Numbered from the stretch's first letter, positions 17,972-27,480 are shown. The stretch: 64,000 bases of DNA from an uncultured Eubacterium sp. (GCA_934358495.1 CAKRKO010000002.1:6634-70633); one strand, 5' to 3'. Notes: generated by a model not told the origin, from the sequence alone. Program-made: numbers and translations.

Positions 17972-18101
17972 ATTTACAACTCCTCACTAAAATGTATCTC
18001 GTGTTACAAGATTCCACTCAGCATATGCCGAGCTTCTCATTACCGTATCAATGTAGTATCATTGCGAGAATGAATCTTGTTTTACCTGTAAAATCGCTCC
18101 T

Positions 18102-18131
18102 AGTATAACATAACTAACACGAAAAAATCAA
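18102..18131 (-). promoter_or_regulatory. Candidate sigma-A promoter of dapL
   Basis: Minus strand: TTGATT, an 18-nt spacer, then TATACT, ~130 nt upstream of the dapL ATG. Confidence 0.45.
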
Positions 18132-18241
18132 CCGTCTGACGCTTTTCTGTAGTAAATTATTACAGCGTTATAACCACAACTGGTATATATCCTCAAAACT
18201 CACACAGGTTTCTGGATGAAAATCCTTTTATAAATAGGTTA

Positions 18242-19069
18242 TTATCCCATTGCTATTTCACCGGAATATATTTCTTCCGCTGGCCCGGTCAGATACAGAT
18301 TCCGGCTACGGATTCCGTAGTCTACCCGCAGTTGTCCTCCCGGAAGCTGCATGTTTACCGACGGTCCGCATTTTCGCATCCGCATAGCCGCTGCTGCCAC
18401 GGCACAGGCGCCGGTTCCACAGGCTTTCGTCTCCCCGCAGCCCCGCTCCCAGACACGCATATAAATGCGGTCCGGTGCCTGGATCCATGCAATCTCAACA
18501 TTTATTCCTTCCGGGAATGAAGGATGATGTTCCAATTCCGGTCCATATTTTTCCAACGCAAACTGCTCCAGTTCCTCTTTATCTTTTAGAAAAATTACAC
18601 AATGGGGATTTCCAACAGACACACAAGTATAAGAAAAACGGACAGGTATGTGCTCTGGCACAAAGTCAGGTGTACCCATATCCACCCGAACTGTGTTAAT
18701 CCTGTCCGTTTCTTTATATAGTATTAACTGACGCACACCTGCGTCTGTCTCAATCTGAAGATTTACTTTTTCTGTTCTGTCATGGTCATACACATATTTC
18801 CCCAGACACCGAATGCCATTTCCACACATCTGCGCGGTACTTCCGTCTGCATTGTACAGTTTCATCCGAAAGTCCGCACGGGCAGAGGGCAGAATACAGA
18901 TTACTCCATCTGCGCCGATCCCGTAATGTCTGTCACAGAGTCGCTGCACCGTCTCCCGATTCAATATATCTTCTGTGCCGCTTACTCTTTTATCTCTGCT
19001 GTCCGCATCACACAGACAATCAATCATGATAAAATCATTGCCCAAACCATGCATTTTTACAAATTTCAT
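18242..19069 (-). CDS. dapF: Diaminopimelate epimerase
   Basis: MKFVKMHGLGNDFIMID, YNADGSTAQMCGNGIRC and ERGCGETKACGTGACA (two catalytic Cys blocks). ATG at 19069 follows GGGAG; the track start is at 19090. Confidence 0.93.
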   Translation of the reverse strand: MKFVKMHGLGNDFIMIDCLCDADSRDKRVSGTEDILNRETVQRLCDRHYGIGADGVICILPSARADFRMKLYNADGSTAQMCGNGIRCLGKYVYDHDRTEKVNLQIETDAGVRQLILYKETDRINTVRVDMGTPDFVPEHIPVRFSYTCVSVGNPHCVIFLKDKEELEQFALEKYGPELEHHPSFPEGINVEIAWIQAPDRIYMRVWERGCGETKACGTGACAVAAAAMRMRKCGPSVNMQLPGGQLRVDYGIRSRNLYLTGPAEEIYSGEIAMG

Positions 19070-19205
19070 AGACCCACTCCCGGAATACACGCCTGCATGT
19101 TTTCAAGTTTCATGCAGACTCTTTCTCTCAACTATATGTATTTCCACGAAAATGGTTCCTCTTTGTCTCTGTATGTATATTCACTTTTTTACGTCATTTG
19201 AACTG

Positions 19206-19769
19206 CTACTGATCCAGCATGCCAAGAATCATCTGAGCAGTTTCTGTAAAACTGGTTCCATTGTCCATACTCGTCTTCTGCAGATAACGATGAGCTTCAT
19301 CCTCTGTCATCTGATTTCGCTCCATCAGAATGGCTTTTGCGCGAGCCACCAGTTCCTGTTCTTCTTTTGTTCTCTTTCGGGGAGCCTGACGGCGCTTCCG
19401 GCGTTTCCGCTCCAGGTTATACGCCACCATCTCTACCGTAGAAAGCAGTTCATGGATTTTTAACGGCACAGAAAGTCCTACGATTCCCGGCGTACCGTTT
19501 TCCACCCACTGGTCTTTCGTTGAGATCACAACAAGTTCAAATCCCGGCGGCAGACAGTCCATAAGTTCCTGATAGATCATATCCGAAAGCTTATACGTAC
19601 AGACGACAATGCCATCCTGCAGACCGTTCGCCTCCTGTATGACCTGCGCACCGTTGGTACAGACGCAGACCACCTGATAGCCGTTTCTGACGAGTACGTT
19701 TTTTATATTTTTCCCGTTTTCAAGTTTCGGGAATGCAACAATAATCCTTGTCAAAACGCAACCATCCAC
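19206..19769 (-). CDS. ANTAR-domain RNA-binding regulator with a pseudo-receiver N-domain
   Basis: The C-terminus EQELVARAKAILMERNQMTEDEAHRYLQKTSMDNGTSFTETAQMIL is an ANTAR helix bundle. The N-domain is receiver-like but lacks the acidic pocket. The start is uncertain (GTG at 19769 or TTG at 19754 after AAGGTGGA). Confidence 0.8.
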   Translation of the reverse strand: MDGCVLTRIIVAFPKLENGKNIKNVLVRNGYQVVCVCTNGAQVIQEANGLQDGIVVCTYKLSDMIYQELMDCLPPGFELVVISTKDQWVENGTPGIVGLSVPLKIHELLSTVEMVAYNLERKRRKRRQAPRKRTKEEQELVARAKAILMERNQMTEDEAHRYLQKTSMDNGTSFTETAQMILGMLDQ

Positions 19770-19772
19770 CTT

Positions 19773-21098
19773 TTAAAATTTGTCAAGATACTCTTCAACT
19801 TCCCATTCTGTCACTGCTCTGCAGTAACGTTCCCACTCATCTTTTTTGGAATTAATATACACATTGCTGATGTGGTCACCCAGAACCTCACGGATAAAGG
19901 AATCCTGTTCCATGGCCTTCACCGCATCACCAAGGTTTGTCGGCAGAGATTCGATATTCAGCTCTGCTTTCTCTTGCTCTGTCATATTGAAAATATTTTT
20001 CTGAATATTTTCCGGCGGTGTGATCTTATTTTTGATACCGTCTAATCCTGCTGCCAGACACAGCGCAATGGTCAGATACGGATTTGCCGCGCAGTCCGGA
20101 CTTCGAAGTTCGATACGGGTTCCTCCACCGATGGCAGATGGAATACGGATCAGCGGGCTTCTGTTTGCCACAGACCAGGTAATATGAAGCGGTGCCTCAA
20201 ATCCGGAAACCAGACGCTTGTAAGAATTTACCAGCGGGTTTGTGATGGCTGTCATGCTGTAAACATGTTTCATCAGACCACCAATAAAATAATATGCATC
20301 CTGGCTCAGTCCAAATTTATCATTTTCATCTGCAAAAATATTTTTGCCATCCTTGCACAGTGACATATTGATGTGCATACCGGAACCGCTGACACCGCTC
20401 TTTGGCTTCGGCATAAACGTTGCATGCATACCGTGACGTTTTGCGATCGTCTTTACCGCCAGTTTAAAAGTCATGATATTGTCTGCTGCATGCATTGCCG
20501 GCTCGTATCTGAAATCAATCTCATGTTGTCCCGGAGAAGCTTCATGATGGGATGCTTCAATCTCAAATCCCATATCTTCCAGTGTCAGAACCATGTCACG
20601 TCTTGCATTTTCACCGTGATCGTTTGGTCCCATCTCGAAATAGCCTGCTTTTTCCGTGGTTTCTGTGGTAGCACACCCATTGTCATCGGTGTTAAACAGG
20701 AAAAACTCACATTCCGGGCCAACATCAAACACATAGCCCATATCCTCAGCTTCTTTGATCACCTTCCATAAAATGTTTCGCGGATCACCTTCAAACGGTG
20801 TACCATCCGGGCGGTAAACATCACAGATAATACGTGCTACCTTGCCCTGCTGCGGTCTCCATGGGAAAATAGTAAAAGAATCCAGATCCGGATGCAGGTA
20901 CATATCAGACTCCTCAATTCTTACAAATCCTTCGATGGATGAACCATCAAACATGCAACGGTTATCCAACGCTTTTTCCAGCTGGCTGCTTGTGATGGCA
21001 ACATTTTTCATATTGCCGAAAATATCCGTAAACTGCAGACGGATAAATTCAACATCTTCCTCTTCCACCATCTGCATAATGTCATTTTTTGTATACAT
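19773..21098 (-). CDS. glnA: Glutamine synthetase, type I
   Basis: 441 aa from the ATG at 21098 (AGGAGG 9 nt upstream). EFIRLQFTDIFG, FDGSSIEGF, HHEASPGQHEIDF, NPYL. The track start at 21149 would overlap the upstream gene. Confidence 0.93.
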   Translation of the reverse strand: MYTKNDIMQMVEEEDVEFIRLQFTDIFGNMKNVAITSSQLEKALDNRCMFDGSSIEGFVRIEESDMYLHPDLDSFTIFPWRPQQGKVARIICDVYRPDGTPFEGDPRNILWKVIKEAEDMGYVFDVGPECEFFLFNTDDNGCATTETTEKAGYFEMGPNDHGENARRDMVLTLEDMGFEIEASHHEASPGQHEIDFRYEPAMHAADNIMTFKLAVKTIAKRHGMHATFMPKPKSGVSGSGMHINMSLCKDGKNIFADENDKFGLSQDAYYFIGGLMKHVYSMTAITNPLVNSYKRLVSGFEAPLHITWSVANRSPLIRIPSAIGGGTRIELRSPDCAANPYLTIALCLAAGLDGIKNKITPPENIQKNIFNMTEQEKAELNIESLPTNLGDAVKAMEQDSFIREVLGDHISNVYINSKKDEWERYCRAVTEWEVEEYLDKF

Positions 21099-21135
21099 GG
21101 CAGTTTTCCTCCTGTAATTTTCATTTTTATTATAA

Positions 21136-21912
21136 TTATTTCTCTTCAAATTTCAAGACTTCTTCAAACTTCATATTTCCGCCAAAGAGATCCAGGGCAC
21201 TTCCAATGGTATAATTTAAATGACGCTGTCCTTTCTCCGCCAGTTCTTCCAGATCCGCAAAACTTCCGATTCCACCGGCATAAGTTACCGGGATCTTGTT
21301 CCATTTGCCAAGCAGTTCGGTAAGTTCTCCTTCGATGCCAGAAGCTTTTCCTTCCACATCCACTGCATGGATCAGAAATTCATCTGCATAACCAGCCAGA
21401 CGATCCAGCAATTCTTCCATCACACACTCATCCGTAAATTTCTGCCAGCGATCCGTTACAATATAGTAAGAACCTGCTTTTTTCCGGCAGCTTAAATCCA
21501 ACACCAAATGTTCTTTTCCAACGGTCTGCACCAGTTTCTCCAGCCGGTCATAATCTACCTTTCCATCCCGGAATACATAGGAAGTTACAATGACATGGCT
21601 GGCGCCTGCCCGAAGAAATTCATGGGCATTTTCTGCTGTAATGCCGCCACCCACCTGCAATCCGCCTGGATAAACCTGCAGCGCTGCCAGTGCCTGCAAT
21701 TTTGTTGCCTCATAATAGGGAGAATCTTTTCCATTTAATAAGATAATATGTCCTCCCCAGATTCCGCAGGACTGATACAGTTTTGCATAAAACGGAGCAT
21801 TCTGCTCCGACACGAAATTTTCTGCCGCCTGATCACCCTGGTCCTTCAGCGTTCCTCCTACAATCTGTTTTACCTTTCCGTTATGAATGTCAATACATGG
21901 CCGAAATTCCAT
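21136..21912 (-). CDS. hisA: HisA/HisF-family (beta/alpha)8 isomerase, His6-type ProFAR isomerase-like
   Basis: 258 aa. MEFRPCIDIHNGKVKQIVGG, LQVGGGI, DVEGKASGI, YAGGIGS. No other his genes in the window. Confidence 0.7.
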   Translation of the reverse strand: MEFRPCIDIHNGKVKQIVGGTLKDQGDQAAENFVSEQNAPFYAKLYQSCGIWGGHIILLNGKDSPYYEATKLQALAALQVYPGGLQVGGGITAENAHEFLRAGASHVIVTSYVFRDGKVDYDRLEKLVQTVGKEHLVLDLSCRKKAGSYYIVTDRWQKFTDECVMEELLDRLAGYADEFLIHAVDVEGKASGIEGELTELLGKWNKIPVTYAGGIGSFADLEELAEKGQRHLNYTIGSALDLFGGNMKFEEVLKFEEK

Positions 21913-22118
21913 ACAACTCTCCTTTTTTTGTCTCAGTCAGCTTGTTTTTTGGTTGCAGGTAACAATCTCTCTCACGCAAAAAAGCAGTATGAGAAGTTAC
22001 CTTATTAATTTTATTACTTCTACTTATCTCTACTTTGGTTGTTTCTTCTAACATTTTGCAAAGTATACACTTAAAATATCACAAACTGCAAAAAAAAGAA
22101 ACCTTTGTCGAAAAGTCA

Positions 22119-22147
22119 TTGACATTACAATTTTAAATTACTATAAT
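22119..22147 (+). promoter_or_regulatory. Consensus sigma-A promoter of guaB
   Basis: TTGACA (22119..22124), a 17-nt spacer, then TATAAT (22142..22147). Confidence 0.7.
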
Positions 22148-22236
22148 ATTTTCAAAATTAATTTATGTATTTTTAGAAATCAGAAAAACAGCAGTGTTTT
22201 TCTTTTTTTGCTCACAAAACACACGAGGGAGGATAA

Positions 22237-23697
<1,461 letters not shown>

Positions 23698-23738
23698 TGG
23701 CGTTTCATGGCATAAATTTTATAATTTAATTTTTACAT

Positions 23739-23921
23739 GATGCCAGGGTCAAAAGCCTGAAACCACGATGTGCTTGCACAGGAGTGGTTTTATGGCTTAA
23801 TGACCCGCCCCGATATGAGCATAAAAGTGGAGCGTCAGCTTCACGATATGCGAATATTGGGTAGAATTGTGGGAGTACGAAGTACGGAACAATTCGTAAG
23901 GCATCTTTTGACCACAACATC
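23739..23921 (+). mobile_element. MITE-like 183-bp non-autonomous element, copy 2
   Basis: Near-identical to copy 1. Flanked by a direct 7-bp duplication TTTACAT (23732..23738 and 23922..23928). Inserted 41 nt after the guaB stop. Confidence 0.8.
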
Positions 23922-23934
23922 TTTACATTTTAGA

Positions 23935-24001
23935 AGGAGAAGAACTCAGATGAGTGCCTTGGGCTAAGACGCCCTGCATCACTAATCTGAGTTCTTCTCC
24001 T
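23935..24001. terminator. Long hairpin between convergent guaB and the lipoprotein gene (possible bidirectional terminator)
   Basis: 16-bp perfect stem AGGAGAAGAACTCAGA / TCTGAGTTCTTCTCCT with a 35-nt partly self-paired loop. There is no clean T-run on either side, so terminator function is uncertain. Confidence 0.4.
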
Positions 24002-24038
24002 CATTTACGTTCTGGTAATAATTAAAAAAATCTTTTCA

Positions 24039-24452
24039 TTATCGACCATTGTTCTCTGTTACGCCGTCATTATCCGCGTTATTGGTGTTTGTTGTGTCAT
24101 CACCTGTGATACCATTTTTGATTGCCTCTCCGGTGTCACGAATCGCGTCTTTGGTATCTTCTGCTGCGTCTTTTGCGTTTTCTCTGGCTTTTTCCATGTT
24201 CTCGCCGGTAATACCACTGTCGTTTCGATCCAGATCGTTGTTTGTATCATGATTCGTTGCAGTATTGCTACTACTGTTCGTGTCGGTGCGACTCTCGTCT
24301 TTGATGGTGTCGTTGGCGTCTGTACCTTTTTCTGTCACGGAATTGTTGTTCGCTCCATTGTTCATATCCTTATTGTTTTTACCACATGCAGCAAAAGTAG
24401 TTAAACTTAATGCCAGCACAATGATAAATGCAATCTGTTTCATTTTTTTCAT
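24039..24452 (-). CDS. Low-complexity lipoprotein (Asn/Asp/Thr-rich), function unknown
   Basis: Signal peptide with lipobox MKKMKQIAFIIVLALSLTTFAAC|GK. The remainder is an acidic, low-complexity N/D/T-rich sequence. SD AAGGAGAG. Confidence 0.7.
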   Translation of the reverse strand: MKKMKQIAFIIVLALSLTTFAACGKNNKDMNNGANNNSVTEKGTDANDTIKDESRTDTNSSSNTATNHDTNNDLDRNDSGITGENMEKARENAKDAAEDTKDAIRDTGEAIKNGITGDDTTNTNNADNDGVTENNGR

Positions 24453-24613
24453 GTCGGTATCTCTCCTTTTTCACTGTTTTTCATTCAGTCTTTTTATTCA
24501 GCACGTTATTTCTGTTTTCTCCATGCATAGAAATAAAAAACTGTGTTTTATATTGTTAATATGATATTTTTTTTGATTTTTATGCATTACAAAATACAAT
24601 TTTCCATTTATAT

Positions 24614-24710
24614 GATGCCAGGGCCAAAAGCCTGAAACCACGATGTGCTTGCACAGGAGAGGTTTTATGGCTTAATTCCCCCGATATGAGCATAAAAGTG
24701 GAGCGTCAGC
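24614..24710 (+). mobile_element. Truncated, diverged copy (5' half) of the 183-bp element
   Basis: Aligns to the first ~100 nt of copy 2 with 3 substitutions and a 4-nt deletion. It ends after GAGCGTCAGC and has no right end or TSD. Confidence 0.7.
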
Positions 24711-24755
24711 GTAAAGCAGACATTCAGCATCTGCGCTCAGATTATTATAACTATA

Positions 24756-25112
24756 TTACTTTCGCATTTTTGAATTGAAAATCAGTGATGCCAGATATCC
24801 AAAGATCAATGCTGCCGATACACCGACGGCGCAGGCTGTGAATCCGCCGGTAAAAAGCCCCAGAAATCCGCTTTCATCAATGGCTGCTTTCATTCCTTTC
24901 CACAACGTGTTTCCAAATCCAAGCAGCGGTACATTCGCTCCTGCTCCCGCAAATTTTGAAAATGGCTCATAGATGCCAACTGCACCGAGCACAGCTCCAG
25001 AACATACAAGAAGTACCATGACACGCCCCGGAAGCAGTTTTGTTTTTTCCAGTAAAATCTGCACAAGTGCGCAGATCAGGCCACCGACCCAGAATGCATT
25101 TATATAGTCCAT
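24756..25112 (-). CDS. spoVAE: Stage V sporulation protein AE (SpoVAEB-type)
   Basis: 118-aa membrane protein. MDYINAFWVGGLICALVQ ... VPLLGFGNTLWKG ... matches the SpoVAE family as remembered. Follows spoVAD. Confidence 0.85.
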   Translation of the reverse strand: MDYINAFWVGGLICALVQILLEKTKLLPGRVMVLLVCSGAVLGAVGIYEPFSKFAGAGANVPLLGFGNTLWKGMKAAIDESGFLGLFTGGFTACAVGVSAALIFGYLASLIFNSKMRK

Positions 25113-25205
25113 AGTTTTCCGTCCTTCCTTACTTGTTCATTTTACTTGTAAATTCGTTTTTTTATTTACATTGTGCCGCTCTTTCTTCTGTTGTGTGTCA
25201 CTTCA

Positions 25206-26234
25206 TTAGCGTTCTGCCGCTTCCAACACCACCGCATGAGCGATTCCAGGCACGTTCTCGCCCTCATTAAAGCTGATTTTAGACAATAATGCACCTGTCG
25301 GTACAAATAGTACCCGCTTAAGTTCTCCGCGCCACAGCATCGGCAGAAAATGTGCGCTTAGCGTCACTGCGGCACAGCCACAGCCACTTCCACCACTTCC
25401 TGTACCCTGGCGCTCATTATCAAAGATTTCCAATCCACAGTCGGTATGAAAGCTTCCGATCTCAATATTTTTCTGCCGCAACAGATCGATGAGAATTTCC
25501 CGCCCTACCGCTCCCAGATCACCGGTAATGATCTTGTCATAGTAGGATGGACTTCTGGAGAAATCCTCCAGATGCGCCGCAATGCAGGCAGCAGCCGCCG
25601 GAGCCATAGCTGCTCCCATGTTCATGGAATCCCGGACACCATAATCCACGATTTTGCCCGGTGTGATTCCAGTGATACAGACAGCATACTCATGTTCTGA
25701 TCTGTCTCTGCCAAGTACAAAGGCTCCGGAACCGGTAACCGTCCAGGTAGTACATAAGGGCCTTTGATTGGCATATTCCAGGGGAAAGCGAAACTGCTTC
25801 TCCGCACTGGCAAAATGGCTGGAAGTCACCGCTCCTGCCAGATCTGCGTAGCCAGCGGCCACTGTCATTGCGGCAAGCGCCAATGACTCTCCTGCCGTTG
25901 AGCAGGCGCCGTATAATCCAAATAGTGGAATGTTGAACTGCTGCAAGCCGAAGGATGTTGCCATGGACTGTCCCAGCAGATCTCCGGCGAACAGATACCG
26001 CAGATCTTCTGCTTTTAATCCTGCTTTTCCCAATGCGATGGTCAACGCTTCTTTTTGCAAGGTACTCTCCGCTTCTTCCCAGATATCACACCCAAAATTA
26101 TCATCTTTGCCTACTAAGTCGATTTCATGTCCGATAGGTCCCTCTGCTTCCTTTGTTCCCGCCACGCAGCCACTGCTGATCATCCAGGGTGGATTTTCAA
26201 ATGTAATGCTCTGACGGCCTGTTTGTGTTGTCAT
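25206..26234 (-). CDS. spoVAD: Stage V sporulation protein AD (thiolase-like)
   Basis: ~342 aa from the ATG at 26234 (GAGGAG 10 nt upstream). Thiolase/KAS-like fold blocks (GLYGACSTAGESL, GSGGSGCGCAA), typical of SpoVAD. Confidence 0.85.
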   Translation of the reverse strand: MTTQTGRQSITFENPPWMISSGCVAGTKEAEGPIGHEIDLVGKDDNFGCDIWEEAESTLQKEALTIALGKAGLKAEDLRYLFAGDLLGQSMATSFGLQQFNIPLFGLYGACSTAGESLALAAMTVAAGYADLAGAVTSSHFASAEKQFRFPLEYANQRPLCTTWTVTGSGAFVLGRDRSEHEYAVCITGITPGKIVDYGVRDSMNMGAAMAPAAAACIAAHLEDFSRSPSYYDKIITGDLGAVGREILIDLLRQKNIEIGSFHTDCGLEIFDNERQGTGSGGSGCGCAAVTLSAHFLPMLWRGELKRVLFVPTGALLSKISFNEGENVPGIAHAVVLEAAER

Positions 26235-26377
26235 AAATACCTGTCTCCTCACTGTATAGCTTCTACTTATCATATTTTCTTACCGAATTTTTATATAATC
26301 TTCAGTTACAGTATTTAACAAAACAGAGTGCTTTATTCTTCCATATGATGTTCATTTTTATTTTTTCTCATGGACAA

Positions 26378-26426
26378 AGACAAAAACTCCTGCATCAACA
26401 GTTAATTACTGTCTTGCAGGAGTTTT
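26378..26426 (-). terminator. Rho-independent terminator after the nucleotidyltransferase gene
   Basis: Minus strand: AACTCCTGCA ... TGCAGGAGTT stem followed by TTTGTCTTTG, 23 nt after the stop. Confidence 0.7.
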
Positions 26427-26448
26427 CCTTTTACTTATGTTACATATT

Positions 26449-27348
26449 CTAAAATAACGGTGTCTTGTATACTCCGTTTGCGATCAGGTCTGCAAATGCA
26501 TCTACAACCGTCTGACGATCTTCCTGGTAGGTTACACCAAACCATTTATCCTGTGTCTCAAGTACTTTTACGGAAACTTCGCCATTTGCAAGCATATCGC
26601 CAATAATAGTTGGAAGCAGATACTCTGCTTTGATATTGCCCGGCTCAACCTTTGCCAGAAATTCTGCAAAACCTTTGTCCAGCACATCTAAGAACTCTGG
26701 TGTCACACCCCACATATTCATGGATACATGTGTTCCGGATGGAATCTCATTTCCATTCTCATCACGAACAATTCCGTCTGCGCCGCGGGCAATTCCACTT
26801 GTCTCTACGATTTTTTCAAGCATTTCCTGGTCATCTACTTTGCACACACCTCTGGTAACCGTTCCGTTATCGCTAAGTGTATTGTCGAGGATAAAGCCGG
26901 CCATGCAATACTGATATTTTGTATCACCACAATTTACCAGATAATCATGCACTTTCACAAATGCTTCTTTTCCATAGTAATCGTCTGCATTAATGACAGC
27001 AAACGGCTCATTAACGATACCTTTGCAACATCTTACTGCCTGTCCGGTTCCCCATGGTTTTGTACGGTCTGCCGGCTTCTCAAATCCTTCCGGCAGATCA
27101 TCCAATGACTGGAATACATACTCCACGTCACAGATCTTCTCGATACGGTCGCCAATCACTTCTCTGAAATCAGCCTCAATATCTTTACGAATGATAAAAA
27201 CGATCTTATTGAAACCAGCCTCCAGTGCATCATGAATAGAGTAATCTATAATAATCTCACCATTTGGACCTACCGGAGTAAGCTGTTTTACTCCACCACC
27301 AAATCTGGATCCAATTCCTGCGGCCATAATCACTAATGTAGTATTCAT
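26449..27348 (-). CDS. Sugar-1-phosphate nucleotidyltransferase (non-GalU, CugP-like UDP-glucose pyrophosphorylase type)
   Basis: 299 aa. The G-loop VIMAAGIGSRFGGGVKQL, KPWGTGQAV and VINADDYYG are typical of this NTP-transferase subfamily. Monocistronic, with terminators on both sides. Confidence 0.7.
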   Translation of the reverse strand: MNTTLVIMAAGIGSRFGGGVKQLTPVGPNGEIIIDYSIHDALEAGFNKIVFIIRKDIEADFREVIGDRIEKICDVEYVFQSLDDLPEGFEKPADRTKPWGTGQAVRCCKGIVNEPFAVINADDYYGKEAFVKVHDYLVNCGDTKYQYCMAGFILDNTLSDNGTVTRGVCKVDDQEMLEKIVETSGIARGADGIVRDENGNEIPSGTHVSMNMWGVTPEFLDVLDKGFAEFLAKVEPGNIKAEYLLPTIIGDMLANGEVSVKVLETQDKWFGVTYQEDRQTVVDAFADLIANGVYKTPLF

Positions 27349-27429
27349 ACTTCAATTTTCCTTCCTGAAAAACTTTACCTATTTTTTCCTGTAATTAACA
27401 GAATTGTAACATTTTTTCGCTGGTTAGTA

Positions 27430-27466
27430 AAGCAAAATGCACTTATTATTCAAATAAGTGCATTTT
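27430..27466 (-). terminator. Rho-independent terminator after the glucosaminidase gene
   Basis: AAATGCACTTAT-TATTCAA-ATAAGTGCATTT hairpin with T-runs on both strands, 15 nt after the stop. Confidence 0.75.
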
Positions 27467-27480
27467 TCGCTTATATTCAA

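Noticed and set aside
17282-18073. 263-aa plus-strand ORF overlapping dapL.
   Set aside because: It is antisense to a confidently identified DapL gene. The product is Cys/Ile-rich with no recognisable motifs.
12012-19069. dapA, dapB, dapL and dapF considered as a single lysine-biosynthesis 'cluster' of special interest.
   Set aside because: The genes are interspersed with unrelated housekeeping genes (cobO-like, SSB-like, typA) on different strands. This is ordinary loose linkage, not a novel system.
19091-19205. Possible second and third lysine riboswitches upstream of dapF and dapL.
   Set aside because: - The conserved L-box blocks (AGAGGNGC, GCCGAAAG, ACTGTCA) are not present.
- Only a 7-bp hairpin (CTGCATG-N11-CATGCAG) precedes dapF.
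21099-21149. N-terminal extensions proposed by the ORF track. Examples are glnA from 21149, the L,D-transpeptidase from 38631, the licA fusion from 45766, the AT3 gene from 33952, spoVAD from 26273, dapF from 19090 and MarR from 8679.
   Set aside because: - The extensions start at TTG/GTG or overlap the preceding gene.
- Internal ATGs with proper SD spacing give proteins that begin where the family normally begins, for example at signal peptides, MKFVKMHGLGNDF, or MYTKNDIM.
23770-23967. Identical hypothetical proteins (MLAQEWFYGLMTRPDMSIKVERQLHDMRILGRIVGVRSTEQFVRHLL...) at 1914..2180 (-) and 23770..23967 (+), plus the opposite-strand ORFs 1940..2224 and 23726..23920.
   Set aside because: - They lie wholly inside the 183-bp MITE-like repeat and run out into unrelated flanks, with different C-termini.
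- They lack an SD, and both strands are open.
- The duplication is explained by the DNA repeat, not by a gene.
23950-23967. Mini-ORF ATG-AGT-GCC-TTG-GGC-TAA (MSALG) with a good AGGAGA SD 9 nt upstream, embedded in the 16-bp-stem hairpin after guaB. It looks like a leader peptide.
   Set aside because: - There is no downstream gene on that strand to regulate; the next gene is convergent.
- The SD is simply the purine-rich hairpin arm.
- It is most likely coincidental.
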